Source: a virus. From it: a stretch of DNA of 64,000 nt. The position numbers and the translations under genes are program-made. Positions 29,102 to 39,360 of the stretch are shown here, piece after piece. Where the stretch lies: positions 119,185-183,184 of IMG/VR virus record IMGVR_UViG_3300007539_000009; one strand, written 5' to 3'. The notes below the pieces were generated by a model. That model made no database searches and was not told the DNA's origin. It saw nothing but the letters and a program-made list of their open reading frames with translations. Positions within the stretch are counted from its first letter, which is position 1. Each line of letters starts with the position of its first letter.

Positions 29102-32100
29102 TCAGAAAGTGGTCGGCGGCCAGGCCGGCTGGAGCGGATCGCCGTTGTTTTCGTTGAAAGCAGTAGGCTCTTCTTGGGCCCACGCGATCACCACGCTCGT
29201 GGGGTTCATCAGGAACTCGTTGTTGTTGGAGATCTCTGCTGCGATCACGTCTGACAACGGAGCCGAGAAGTTGTTCGCTTTGTTGCGGAAGTACGCGCGC
29301 ACAGCTCGGAGCATCTCTTGACGCTCTGAACCTGCGAAGAAGTTTGAGCGAGCTGTTTCCGACATGATGGCGATATAGTTCGAGGCAAAGGTGGGATACT
29401 TGTTACCAGAGAAACCTACACGCTTGTACCCCGCAGCCGCACCTACGATCGGAGGCTGATAGCCTGACGGCTTAGCTGAGGTCGGGTACGGGTCTACCCA
29501 CAAAGACATAGGCCAAGGCCACGCATCGGTGGTGTTGATAGAGCTAGCTGAAGGGGCACCACCGCCGTTGCTGATGTACCCGTTGTCCAACCAGTAGTCC
29601 GCGTTGGCCGGGTCTGCTGGGTTCCCAGGCACAGGCAGCGGGGCCAGAACGGTCGGATCGCTTGCCAACACACTATCGCCTGAGATCGGGTAGTACTCCT
29701 GCCACACGTCAACATCCGGAGGCGTGTTAGCAGCTGCGTACTTAGTACCGTCAGGCCGCTCGTCTAGGCCGTTGTTGGTGTAGTCAAGACCACTGATCTC
29801 GAAGTAGCGAGGAACTGAATCCGTGACACTCGAAGGCACGTTGCTGTCGAGGTAGTACGGAGATATCGGCATGTTGTCGTGCGGCTCACCAGTTGCGATG
29901 TAGTCAGCGTTCTCCAGCCCCTGCAAGTTAGGCCGCGTGTTACCTGACGGGTCGCGGAACTTCCAAAAGTAACGCCACAGCCCTAACGTAAGTCGTCGCA
30001 GCACGTTCGTTGCGCTAGTTCGGACATCCAGCGTATCGCCGAACAGGCCGGGGATTGTGTTAGTGGCTGAGCCGAAGTACGCACGCTGCGCTGCCCACAA
30101 GCCGTTGATCAGTAGACCGACCTCCAATGCCTGAGCAGCCCGAGTGCCGTACAGGCTTTGCGTGTAGTTGCCCACTTTGTTGCTGTAATTCGCCTGAAGC
30201 GAGCCGGAGCCGGGCAGCGGCACCTGAATGTACGTGAGCTTGGGGATAGTGTTATCTAGCCAGCGAGAGCATTGCTCACGCACCGGGTCTCCAGCTGGAG
30301 ACAGGGCGTTTCCAGTAGCTGCAGCGCAAGTGAGCCACCCCCAGATCCGGCCAATACCGTCTGCTCCTACATTGAGCAGGTTTGGGTTCGGCGGATCACC
30401 CAACTGGTTATCGATAGAGCTCAGAGCGCTCTGCGAACCGCTACCGCCTCGGTACATATACTGCAGCTCAGCCTGAAGCGCGATTCCGCGAGACTGCAGC
30501 TTTGCGAGCGGATCGTTATCTAACCACACCAACGGGTACAGGCCCCACATAGCGCGGCCTTGGTGCGACCAAAAGACCGACGTCGCGTACGTGAAGTTGT
30601 TGTACTTAGTTACTGATGAGCTGACCGGAGCCTGTGAATCGTTGACGACTTCGTGCGGCCAAAACCCACCGTGAAACCGCTGCTGATAGTAGAACGGGAG
30701 TCGCTCAACCCCGATGGGCTGACGGTTGTAGAAGTAGCCATAATCAAACCCTAAAGGCTGGTGAGCGCTGCTACTTACATCTGAGTCGTAGGACACTCGG
30801 GTGGTCAGCCCCGGTCCATTCTGATAGTTCAAGTTCCAGATCTGAGCGCTGTTCTCTGCAGGCCCACCCGCATTGGCCCAACCGGTGAAGATGTCATCAG
30901 TAGTGACTAGGTCGCCGTTCAGTTTGAAGATACCTGCAGCATGCCGCTCCTGTACGCTGCGATTGCGCATGTAGAAGAACTGAATCGACTTTGGTGATCT
31001 GTGCGCCAAGATCTCGAGGCCAGGAGCTTCGTAGACCTCGCCCCCACCAGTTGCGCCACCTTGGTTGTTGAGCGCTGAGTGGATGATGCCTGTACGAGGC
31101 CGAGCTGCGTCTAGCTGAACAGGGTTGTTGATGCTAGGTACATCTAGCGACGCGCCAGTCGTGAACGCAGCGGCTGTGGCATCATGTGCACCGATCAGTC
31201 GCGGACCCCAGTACGGCTGCATCGACTCGCGGGTGGGCGCTAGGTACTGTTGAGCCAAATAGTTGGCTGTCGCAGGGTTCTGCCAGCAGTACGGTCGAAG
31301 CCCGCCCGGAATGGTGCCATCAACGGCGGTGCCCCAACCCTCTTGCGCAGCGATGCTCTCCGCTTCAGCTGACGAGGAGGCATCAGAGTACACAACTAAG
31401 CGGTACTCGTGTTGGTGTTGCTGAGCCAACTCGAACAGCGGATCCGTAGAGCGCGCTTTGAACGTTAGCAGCTCTTGGCCGGCGGTCGGCGCTGTTCCAG
31501 ACGCAACAGTGAACGTGATCTGTGTTTGCGTCGGTGTAGCCAGGAACCCAAACGGCGAACCTGTAAAGCCCCATTGGAAGTTGCCATTGCTGTTCTTGGT
31601 GACAGACGCAGCTGTGATAGTGCCGATAAACGACCCAGATGCAGTAGACGCCTCAAACTGCAACCCAGGAACCACCGGTCCATAGAAGTTGGCCTCAGGC
31701 TCACCATTGCCGAGACTCTGGTCATAAGCAATGGCGATGCCGTTGAGCGTCAGCGTGTACGGCCCTGTTCCGGTCAAAGACTGACTCTGCAGTCTGGACT
31801 GAACGTACGGATCCGTAATGTCGATGAACACGCTCTCAGACTCTTGCTCAGCCAAACGCCAACGACCTCGGCCACTGTCGTTTGCCCATCCACCATCTAG
31901 CGGGTCAGGCCAGTTGCGGGCACCAGCCTGCCAAGTAGTGAACGAAGGAGTGAGGAGGTCTAGGTCGCGGAAGTAGCACGTTCCTGGTGTCGTGTTATTG
32001 CTCCACCGAACCTGCGCACCCGGAATGTCTACACCGGAGTAGTTCACCGGATCGTCCGAGAAGATCCCTGAGGGGTCGGACGTTAGCGTATGCATATTGA

Positions 32101-32398
32101 GAGTCAACTGCACCGCAGAGCTACCAGCGCGGAACGTCCAGAACGCGTGGACAGCGAACATGAACGGTACTTCTGTGCCGCCGGTTGTAGTGGGCTCGAG
32201 CCTGCCGTGCGTCCGTAGCGTTACCGCGACAGGACCGGCCTTCTCCTCGACATACGAAGTCGGATCCGTAAGGTCAGGACCGATGTCCAGCGTGTATACG
32301 TTGTTGTCGTAGTCCTCCGTACGCAGCGTCCAGTTGTTGGTGCCGCTAAACGCGGTGCCTACGTCCGTCTCGAACGTGAACTGAGTGATGTCGCCCAT
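29102..32398 (-). CDS. Paralogue of the PcRGLX/YetA-like protein, 1098 aa
   Basis: Shares collinear blocks with 26761-29091: AGPVAVTLRTHGRL/LGCAEVVLETSGTL, CWQNP/FWSAHNP, GGATGGGE/GGATGGTD, SHQGR/QHWAR, IGRIWGW/MGREHGW. Confidence 0.55.
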   Translation of the reverse strand: MGDITQFTFETDVGTAFSGTNNWTLRTEDYDNNVYTLDIGPDLTDPTSYVEEKAGPVAVTLRTHGRLEPTTTGGTEVPFMFAVHAFWTFRAGSSAVQLTLNMHTLTSDPSGIFSDDPVNYSGVDIPGAQVRWSNNTTPGTCYFRDLDLLTPSFTTWQAGARNWPDPLDGGWANDSGRGRWRLAEQESESVFIDITDPYVQSRLQSQSLTGTGPYTLTLNGIAIAYDQSLGNGEPEANFYGPVVPGLQFEASTASGSFIGTITAASVTKNSNGNFQWGFTGSPFGFLATPTQTQITFTVASGTAPTAGQELLTFKARSTDPLFELAQQHQHEYRLVVYSDASSSAEAESIAAQEGWGTAVDGTIPGGLRPYCWQNPATANYLAQQYLAPTRESMQPYWGPRLIGAHDATAAAFTTGASLDVPSINNPVQLDAARPRTGIIHSALNNQGGATGGGEVYEAPGLEILAHRSPKSIQFFYMRNRSVQERHAAGIFKLNGDLVTTDDIFTGWANAGGPAENSAQIWNLNYQNGPGLTTRVSYDSDVSSSAHQPLGFDYGYFYNRQPIGVERLPFYYQQRFHGGFWPHEVVNDSQAPVSSSVTKYNNFTYATSVFWSHQGRAMWGLYPLVWLDNDPLAKLQSRGIALQAELQYMYRGGSGSQSALSSIDNQLGDPPNPNLLNVGADGIGRIWGWLTCAAATGNALSPAGDPVREQCSRWLDNTIPKLTYIQVPLPGSGSLQANYSNKVGNYTQSLYGTRAAQALEVGLLINGLWAAQRAYFGSATNTIPGLFGDTLDVRTSATNVLRRLTLGLWRYFWKFRDPSGNTRPNLQGLENADYIATGEPHDNMPISPYYLDSNVPSSVTDSVPRYFEISGLDYTNNGLDERPDGTKYAAANTPPDVDVWQEYYPISGDSVLASDPTVLAPLPVPGNPADPANADYWLDNGYISNGGGAPSASSINTTDAWPWPMSLWVDPYPTSAKPSGYQPPIVGAAAGYKRVGFSGNKYPTFASNYIAIMSETARSNFFAGSERQEMLRAVRAYFRNKANNFSAPLSDVIAAEISNNNEFLMNPTSVVIAWAQEEPTAFNENNGDPLQPAWPPTTF

Positions 32399-34707
32399 TA
32401 GAACTGGATCCCTGAGGAAGCGAGGTTTGCAATGGTTGCCTGCTCGCTAGCGGTCAACTCTGTCCGACCTTGCAGCTGCGATAGCGCTTCGTTGGTCAAC
32501 AGGTTGGTGTAGAACTCGGTGTACGAGCGGCGAAGCTCGGGAATGGTCCCAGTGAAGATCTCGGAGTCTGACGGCTGCAGCGGGTACTTCAGCCCAGCTG
32601 ACCACCAAGGCGGAGTCGATACGCTGGCGTTGTACAGATCTCCAGTAGTGACAGTAGGCGGCGTGGTCAGGTTGAACCCGAACGGATTCGGGTCTTCCTC
32701 CACAACACCGTAGCTACCTGCGGAGTCAACTGGGATCAGATCGTCGTAGTTACTGGTATCGGAAGGCAGACCAGCTGCGGCTAGCGCGTCCTTCAACAGC
32801 GGGTTGCTCTTAGTCGGGCCAAACAGATCTTCGCCCTGGCTTGCGATCGAGTCGATGTTGATCGTCGAAGCTGAGACTTCACCACCAAGCACCTGATCTA
32901 TGTACTGCTCTTTCGAGTCAGGCCCATACTGCGCAGCTAGTGCGCCGCTACGTGCTTGCTGCCGGGTCTGCTCGTTGAACTGATCGAGCTGGTCTGCTAC
33001 TGCTTCGTTGTTCTCGCTACCTAAGAAACACTCTTTGAGCTGTTCCAAATCCAGACCGAGCTTGTCCTTGATCAGGCCGTTGACGGGGCTAGCCGAGTAG
33101 AACGTCTCCCAATCTCCGTGAATTGCAGCTGTAGCGAGCTCTGTGAGTCCTGTACCTGACAAGAACTCGATGTACTGCTTAGCTTGAGCGATCTTTGCCG
33201 TTGACTCCGAGTCCGCAAGACCCAGAGCCTCCAGCAGCGGGCCCTTCTGGGCCTCGAGTGCGCTGATGCGCTGGGTGATCAATGATTGCAGAGCAATACC
33301 AATACCAATGACTACTTCTTTGCGCAGCGCCGGGTCCGTGAGTCGCTGGCGTGCAAACTTGAGGTACCTATCTATCTGGACAGCGAGTGTCTGGGCCGGC
33401 ACCACCAGCGCAGGCCGCAGCTGGAAGTTATCAGTGAACTCCCTGAGGTCATCGTTGAGATCAGGAATGAAGTCACCGAACTTGAAGATCTCCTCTGACG
33501 ACCGGACGAGCTCGATCAGTACCTTGAGCTCAAGGCACCACTTCTTCTCCTTCGCGAAGTACACGAGGAAATCGCCCTGTCCGATGGTCGCCTGAATCTC
33601 CTGGAGAACCAGTCGGATGCGGCACCGGATGAGGTCTAGTACTGGCGCCAGAAAGTTGTCTGTGCGTAGAGTCTGGTTGAGCTTCGTACGCCACTCAGCC
33701 AAGAACCGGCCGTACTCCTCACGAGTACCTTGTGACGACATCCACGCGTCACGCTCTACCTGCAGCACCTCAATCTGCGCCAGCAGTACATACGGTGTGA
33801 CAGAGAACGTCAGCAGAGGGTCGGGAGCTTCATTACACAGCAGGTCCTCTGCCTGCTGCAGCAACGCCTTGGCTGCGTCGTAGTCGCCCTCGCTGAAACG
33901 TTGACCGCTAAGAATCCTTGACTGCACACCGGCAAAGCGCAAGTCAGCGCTACGCAACACGCGATCTACTTGACGGAGGAACTCGTCGTGGTTGATGTCG
34001 AAGACTATGTCTTCAAGATTCTCCACCGCCTCGTTCACGCGGTCAATCTGAGAACGCATGTTGCGGAGGATCTTCGCCTCGAGGCTGTACGCAGTGTCGA
34101 GCTCGCTCAGCGCGACAAAGAACAGGCCCTCGATGAATCCGCCGCCTGTTTGGTTGGCTAGACCAACAAACAGTGAGTGGGCAGCCGAAACCTTCTTCAG
34201 GCTCTCGGTCACTGCACCAGCCGCTACTTTGCTGACGGTACCAGCTGTTGCGTAGATGAGGTTTGTCTCGCAGTCACCACCGGCGTTACGGGGAGACTTG
34301 CGAAGCTGGGGAGTGATGCGTCGGTTGATCGCCGCAACTGAGGGGACTGGAGCACCTGTCCCTTCGGGGATACCAGCCAGCTGATCTAGTACTTCAGTAC
34401 CGGGCGCAGTCAGCGCAGCGCCAAGTGCATCTGGGTTGAAGAACCCGTCAATGGTGTCCCTAAATGTCGTCTGTCCGCTGCTGATCGCGCTGATGTCGAA
34501 CCCAAACGCTCCAGCAATCGCATCGTTTGCGGCTTGCAGTGGACCTTCTTTGGTCAGCTGCCACAGACCGTCACTGCGCAGGTTGATGATCTCCTGCAAC
34601 ACCGCTTCAGCGTCGTACCCGAGCTGCTCGAAGATCAGGTCAACCTGAGTCCGAGCTAGGGTCACGAACCTCCCCAGAGAGGTGTTGCAGGCTGCTGTGT
34701 CTACCAC
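32398..34707 (-). CDS. Large helical hypothetical (probably virion) protein, 769 aa
   Basis: Long ORF coupled to the next gene; no recognised motif. Confidence 0.7.
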   Translation of the reverse strand: MVDTAACNTSLGRFVTLARTQVDLIFEQLGYDAEAVLQEIINLRSDGLWQLTKEGPLQAANDAIAGAFGFDISAISSGQTTFRDTIDGFFNPDALGAALTAPGTEVLDQLAGIPEGTGAPVPSVAAINRRITPQLRKSPRNAGGDCETNLIYATAGTVSKVAAGAVTESLKKVSAAHSLFVGLANQTGGGFIEGLFFVALSELDTAYSLEAKILRNMRSQIDRVNEAVENLEDIVFDINHDEFLRQVDRVLRSADLRFAGVQSRILSGQRFSEGDYDAAKALLQQAEDLLCNEAPDPLLTFSVTPYVLLAQIEVLQVERDAWMSSQGTREEYGRFLAEWRTKLNQTLRTDNFLAPVLDLIRCRIRLVLQEIQATIGQGDFLVYFAKEKKWCLELKVLIELVRSSEEIFKFGDFIPDLNDDLREFTDNFQLRPALVVPAQTLAVQIDRYLKFARQRLTDPALRKEVVIGIGIALQSLITQRISALEAQKGPLLEALGLADSESTAKIAQAKQYIEFLSGTGLTELATAAIHGDWETFYSASPVNGLIKDKLGLDLEQLKECFLGSENNEAVADQLDQFNEQTRQQARSGALAAQYGPDSKEQYIDQVLGGEVSASTINIDSIASQGEDLFGPTKSNPLLKDALAAAGLPSDTSNYDDLIPVDSAGSYGVVEEDPNPFGFNLTTPPTVTTGDLYNASVSTPPWWSAGLKYPLQPSDSEIFTGTIPELRRSYTEFYTNLLTNEALSQLQGRTELTASEQATIANLASSGIQF

Positions 34708-34801
34708 GATTCAGGGTACAAATATGCGGCTATATCTGACATGAGTCTATTGACCTCGCTGCTACTAGTTTGCGGGGTACGATCAGCGGCCAAGGGGGTC
34801 G

Positions 34802-35209
34802 TTGTGTTCCTCAGTAGGCACTGTGACAACGAGAACAGAGGAGAGTACCGTGCCCACTTCCACCGCCTCTCGAGTGGATTACCCCCTCCTCGCCTTCCCG
34901 GGCGAGGACACCGAGTTCACCTGCTTGACCCGGACCGGACAAGTCGTCAACTGCGACGAGTACAGCCACAACGGCCGAATGTACTCCGTCGAAGTTGCGG
35001 CCGGCCAACGCAGAGGTCAGGTGGTGGACATCTCTCCGCACGCCGTCAAAAGCCTCACGGCAAGCGACGGCAACATCCAGCTGCATCTGCGGCTGCTCGA
35101 CAGCACCCTCACCGTGCTCCTCGACCGTGAAGCCATTGCGCTGAACATTGAGGTCGACATGCGGGAAGAGGTGTTCGCCGAGAGGATCAGGCCGGTGAAG
35201 GCGCGATGA
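34802..35209 (+). CDS. Hypothetical protein, about 135 aa
   Basis: ORF with high GC3; start uncertain. Confidence 0.5.
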   Translation: MCSSVGTVTTRTEESTVPTSTASRVDYPLLAFPGEDTEFTCLTRTGQVVNCDEYSHNGRMYSVEVAAGQRRGQVVDISPHAVKSLTASDGNIQLHLRLLDSTLTVLLDREAIALNIEVDMREEVFAERIRPVKAR

Positions 35210-35402
35210 TTCCGGTCCGACGCAGTCTCTGCGTTCGGCGGACCAGCCGCTCCTGAACAACCTGCTTGATCGCATCGTCCCATGACCGGTAGGCATCCTG
35301 CCCCCTGAGCTCGTGGAGACGAACTAGGTCTTTGGATGTGAAGAATCCAGGGACGTCAATCCCTCCGGGGATCTTCTCCAGCAGGTCCTTGCGACGCATC
35401 AC
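35187..35402 (-). CDS. Hypothetical protein, 71 aa
   Basis: Coupled to the upstream ORF by an ATGA-type overlap. Confidence 0.5.
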   Translation of the reverse strand: MMRRKDLLEKIPGGIDVPGFFTSKDLVRLHELRGQDAYRSWDDAIKQVVQERLVRRTQRLRRTGIIAPSPA

Positions 35403-35947
35403 TGTTTCAGTGCTCTCGCTCGGGCAACGTCCTGATCCGTCAGGATGCGGCCGTACGCGTAACCACGCTGTGCGGCATCTGTCACCTTGTGCTTGAGCTT
35501 CGGCTTAGGCATTTGGTTGTCCAGGTGAGCTGTGGTGGCTGCTGCCAGCTTCGTCACTAGGGACGCCCTCTTCGTAAGCACATTCCGCTCGTTCCTCCCA
35601 GGGGAACCAGGACTGAGATGTTGCTTGTCCTGTAATCCTGCAGGGTTGGGCCCACCCTTGGTGCGTCGTCTTCGCGTCAGCACCTTAGCTTGTTTGGTCA
35701 TGTCGTTGCCTTGCTCGTCTTCAAACCAGGCGGCAGACAACGGCACTCCTTGTCTGCGCCGCTCTCGGTAGCTCAGCCGCCTCTTGGCTGGACCTTTCGA
35801 GTGGGTAGCCGGCAGTCGGACGGTTCCCGTACCCCGTCCACCTCCTGCTTCATGGCTCCGAGCATCCCTCTTCGTCGTGAGCGCAGGCAAGTCTACAGCG
35901 TACGGATCCGTGCGGTCCCAGTGAGTAGTCCCGTAGGTGGACATCAA
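35399..35947 (-). CDS. Basic hypothetical protein, about 182 aa
   Basis: R/K-rich ORF with TKLAAA motif. Confidence 0.55.
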   Translation of the reverse strand: MMSTYGTTHWDRTDPYAVDLPALTTKRDARSHEAGGGRGTGTVRLPATHSKGPAKRRLSYRERRRQGVPLSAAWFEDEQGNDMTKQAKVLTRRRRTKGGPNPAGLQDKQHLSPGSPGRNERNVLTKRASLVTKLAAATTAHLDNQMPKPKLKHKVTDAAQRGYAYGRILTDQDVARARALKQ

Positions 35948-35951
35948 TCAC

Positions 35952-36377
35952 ATGGTACCGCAACAGCAACACCACACCACAACAGGTATCATGGAAACCA
36001 CCGACAACACCCAAGACCTTTTCTCGGCCGACATCTCGTCGGCCACCGACGACCTGTTCGGAAATCGTGACCTGCTCGTCACGGTCGATGCGAACGGGCA
36101 CATGCCCGGCGAGACCGAGCGCAAGGTACAGAGCGTGGCCAACATAGTTGGCCTCGTGCTCGGGATGGCTTCCGGAGTCCTCGGACTCTGGTGGCTCTGG
36201 AGCATGTTCCGGAGTTCCGGAAAGCTCATGGAGAGCGCCACCGACTACCTGGCCGTCTCAAGCGGCCAGCGAGAAACCGAGGCGGAGGAGAACGCCAAGG
36301 TCCTCGAGGAGATCGAGGCGGCGGCCGGCGGCGGCGGCATCGGAGCCAAGGACATCAAGAAGGCCCTCGGCGTCTGA
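35952..36377 (+). CDS. Single-pass membrane protein
   Basis: TM segment IVGLVLGMASGVLGLWWLWSM; start uncertain (35952 or 35991). Confidence 0.6.
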   Translation: MVPQQQHHTTTGIMETTDNTQDLFSADISSATDDLFGNRDLLVTVDANGHMPGETERKVQSVANIVGLVLGMASGVLGLWWLWSMFRSSGKLMESATDYLAVSSGQRETEAEENAKVLEEIEAAAGGGGIGAKDIKKALGV

Positions 36378-36400
36378 GGAAGAGGAACTCTCCTCCCTTC

Positions 36401-36454
36401 GCGGCCCTGTCTCGTCCCTTCGGGGGCGGGGCGGGGCCGCCCTTCTCCTCTTTT
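36401..36454 (+). terminator. Strong hairpin between convergent genes (probable terminator)
   Basis: 18-bp stem GCGGCCCTGTCTCGTCCC-TTCG-GGGGCGGGGCGGGGCCGC with G.U pairs on the plus strand, followed by a pyrimidine/T run. Confidence 0.7.
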
Positions 36455-36456
36455 AC

Positions 36457-36960
36457 TTAGAAGATCTTAGCGGACTTCTTCCGCGAAAGAACCGAAGTCG
36501 GGTCAGGCCAGGAAAGCATCATCACCGTGTGTGCCACTTGGCCCGGAAAGACAGGCAGGATTGTCGGGGGGTCGATCTCTGTGTCAAGGTCAATGTTGTT
36601 GGTGATGTAAGTGTCGTACCAGTCGTGGTAGACCTCGACGATCGGCTGCCGCATAACGAACAGCTGCGGAGTCAGCTGGTACTGAGCTTTGAGGGCTCCA
36701 GAGCTCAGCCAGGCCAGGTACCGATCAAGATCCTCCTCGGCCCCTACGTAGAAGACACGCAAGGCATCGAACACGCGCACCTTATTACGCCCACCAGTTG
36801 ACGCCGGCATGATGACATCTACCAAGTCAATGTCTCCGCTAGATTCCGCAACCACCGCCATCACGCGGTACACCTGCGACATGTCCAACGGACATCGGCG
36901 CGTTATGTGCGCGCCGGGTTTGAACGGCTTGTGCACATACGTCCGATCAGGCAGCCGCAT
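36457..36960 (-). CDS. Hypothetical protein, 167 aa
   Basis: ORF overlapping the upstream gene in the operon. Confidence 0.6.
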   Translation of the reverse strand: MRLPDRTYVHKPFKPGAHITRRCPLDMSQVYRVMAVVAESSGDIDLVDVIMPASTGGRNKVRVFDALRVFYVGAEEDLDRYLAWLSSGALKAQYQLTPQLFVMRQPIVEVYHDWYDTYITNNIDLDTEIDPPTILPVFPGQVAHTVMMLSWPDPTSVLSRKKSAKIF

Positions 36961-37294
36961 CTTCTCTGACTACTAAGCCTGCCCTAGCCTCGACCGATAC
37001 GTAGGTCTTAGCTAACCAGCTGGTGGCTACTGACTCTGGTACGTCATCCGAGAAGATCACTGTGATTGCTGTGTCTGCCAGCAGGTCGTCAACAGGCTCA
37101 AGGGCGATGGTCAACTGACCAGTCTCCAACTCAAACTCTACGTACGCGCGACCCTTGGTTGCCGGAACGTTGTACACCGGAGTGCCAAAAGCGTTGACCG
37201 CTTCCGCTACTGCCTCGTAAGCGTACGTCGTACCGTCTACCAACCAGCGCTCGCTGCGCGAGAACTGACCTCCGTCGATCAAAGCCAGACCCAC
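36947..37294 (-). CDS. Hypothetical protein, 115 aa
   Basis: Operon-coupled ORF. Confidence 0.6.
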   Translation of the reverse strand: MGLALIDGGQFSRSERWLVDGTTYAYEAVAEAVNAFGTPVYNVPATKGRAYVEFELETGQLTIALEPVDDLLADTAITVIFSDDVPESVATSWLAKTYVSVEARAGLVVREDAAA

Positions 37295-37515
37295 AGGTGC
37301 GCCTCCCCTTTCGGATGCCCGTAGAGAACGCCGGGCTGCTCCGTCTCAAGCACCTCTTGTCGCTTAGGACGAAGCACACCAGGCTTGCTGGTGCGGATGC
37401 GCTGCAGACGTAGACGACGAACGCGATACCCAGCTGGCCGCGTGATGCGAGCACCAGCCTGGATGATACTACTCGGGAGTGTTCCCGGAAGCGGAGGTAA
37501 CGGTACGCTAGCCAT
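37279..37515 (-). CDS. Small basic protein, 78 aa
   Basis: Operon-coupled ORF. Confidence 0.5.
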   Translation of the reverse strand: MASVPLPPLPGTLPSSIIQAGARITRPAGYRVRRLRLQRIRTSKPGVLRPKRQEVLETEQPGVLYGHPKGEAHLWVWL

Positions 37516-38389
37516 TTGCCTGTTCGCGCAGTTGCGCTACAGACAGTTTGGCCCAGTTGGCTCGGTGAATCGGAGTATCCGTATACGGAGACAAGTTGTA
37601 CGCGCTGGCGCCAAAAGACCGCGCCCAGGCTGGGAACGGGGTGAAGAACTTGTCGTGTCTCGGATTCCAACCACCGCCGCCGGTAGATTGGAACTTGTGC
37701 ATTCGGTTGTGTGCGCCGCACTCACGACAGATGGCAGTACCACCGCGCCGGATGATCATCGACATATCCCCGACTGCCCGACACTCGAGGCAGGTCCACG
37801 ACTTGTTAGTATGCGCAGAGCCGTAGAAGTGGGTGTCCTTCTTGTTCTTCGCCTGATCAGCAGCACTCAGGTCGATACCCAGGATGCTCACTGACTTCGC
37901 CTTGGACAGCACTGCCAGTTGGAGCGCGTACGGAGGTGTTGTTCCTTGGCGAATGAGAGGGTCCTCGGCGGTCTTAGGCCATCGCCACTTGTCCGGAGCT
38001 CCGGTGTTTGCTGTCAGCAAGAAGTAGCGTAAGTCCTGCACACGCTCCTGCAGGATCCAGCTGTTAGGCGACTGCTGACCAAACCCGTGCCAAGTGAAGA
38101 ACTTGCCGTCGTACGCACGGTACAGCGGCTCCTCAACAGTCACGATAGGCGGGTCGGTGAACAGTACAGCTGTTGGCTGATACACCCGGCAGATCCTGTT
38201 GATCCCGATGGTGACAATGCTGGGATGGTCCAACAGCTCGAGATCAACTTCGTTGAGCGCCGGGCTATTACCTAGCACAACAACATGCTTGCCCTTCAGA
38301 TCCACGTGCGGGTCGCTGAAGAACTCCGCCATCCCATCACGCTTCTGGCGCAGCTCTTTCTTAGCCGCACTAACACTCTGAATTGTCAT
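37508..38389 (-). CDS. DUF115/MptE/Maf-like (sialyltransferase-like Rossmann) protein with Zn-ribbon insertion
   Basis: VVVLGNSPAL, TIGINR, LFTD, GTTPPYALQLA..KSVSILGIDL, THFYG; CLEC-x18-CREC insert. Confidence 0.7.
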   Translation of the reverse strand: MTIQSVSAAKKELRQKRDGMAEFFSDPHVDLKGKHVVVLGNSPALNEVDLELLDHPSIVTIGINRICRVYQPTAVLFTDPPIVTVEEPLYRAYDGKFFTWHGFGQQSPNSWILQERVQDLRYFLLTANTGAPDKWRWPKTAEDPLIRQGTTPPYALQLAVLSKAKSVSILGIDLSAADQAKNKKDTHFYGSAHTNKSWTCLECRAVGDMSMIIRRGGTAICRECGAHNRMHKFQSTGGGGWNPRHDKFFTPFPAWARSFGASAYNLSPYTDTPIHRANWAKLSVAQLREQANG

Positions 38390-39360
38390 TTGTGCTTGTA
38401 AGCCTTAGCGGCTTGAGAACGGTTGCCTGTAACTAACGACTTCTGAGGAGCCTTCACAACCTGGCCCCGATACTTGAAGTACTCGCTGTTCAGCTGCCGC
38501 CTCTGCGACTTCTTGAACTTCTTGAGGATATCAGTCATCGGACGGCCAGAGCGTACGAGCTTAGCACCAGGCAGTAGCCGTTTGGTAGCGCGAGCTATCG
38601 TCTGTTCCAGCAGCGTGCTTTCAGACTTCTTGGCCTTCTTCTTGCTGCGCTTTGGCTTGTCCGCTCTAGGGGCATCCAACATGGCTTCCATCAAAAGAAG
38701 CAGCGCCTCCCGAGGCATCGACGAAGAGTTCTTCTCGATCCCTACAGAATCAGCGGTCGGATCGTCGCGATCATCCTCGTCAGGGCGGTTGTACGCGGCG
38801 TCCATCTTGTCGTACAGCCGCCGCATGTGCGGGCTACGAGTAGCCCTGTTCTTCTTGGCTCTAGCCTGATCCCGCTCTCTGCCTGCCGGATCCGGATTGC
38901 CAGGACCGGCGCCGCCAAAGACTGCATGCTTCTGCAGCCTGGATTCCATCTTCGCCAGAGCCTTGTAGTAATTGGGGCTCTCAGTCAGATGATCCTTGGC
39001 TACCTCTTTGGCAACTGCGCGGCTCCTGGTGTGCTCACGCTCGACCTTAGTGCCTCGACGTAGCTGCTCGTGGTTGAAGGCGGCGTCAGGCATATGGTCT
39101 GCCTTGCCGCCCTTCAGCCGCTCGGCCGTCTTCGTCCACTTGCCGTCCTCGTACTCGTAATCGAGCTTGCCTTTGTAAGGAGGGCCTTGCTTCTGCTTGC
39201 CAGGCTTGCCTTGCTTAGCTGCGATACGCGCTTTGACCTCAGCCGGCATATTGGGGTGGGCACGCTTGAGCGCCCGGTAGATCTCTCGGACCTTCTCCGG
39301 GCGCTCTTGGTCCAGGAACGGTGTTCCTGCCTGCTTGGTGACGTCCATCACAAACGTCAA
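38386..39360 (-). CDS. DUF5661-containing basic protein, 324 aa
   Basis: GTKVEREHT..AKEVAKDHLTESPNYYKALAKME matches the DUF5661 pattern. Confidence 0.7.
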   Translation of the reverse strand: MTFVMDVTKQAGTPFLDQERPEKVREIYRALKRAHPNMPAEVKARIAAKQGKPGKQKQGPPYKGKLDYEYEDGKWTKTAERLKGGKADHMPDAAFNHEQLRRGTKVEREHTRSRAVAKEVAKDHLTESPNYYKALAKMESRLQKHAVFGGAGPGNPDPAGRERDQARAKKNRATRSPHMRRLYDKMDAAYNRPDEDDRDDPTADSVGIEKNSSSMPREALLLLMEAMLDAPRADKPKRSKKKAKKSESTLLEQTIARATKRLLPGAKLVRSGRPMTDILKKFKKSQRRQLNSEYFKYRGQVVKAPQKSLVTGNRSQAAKAYKHK

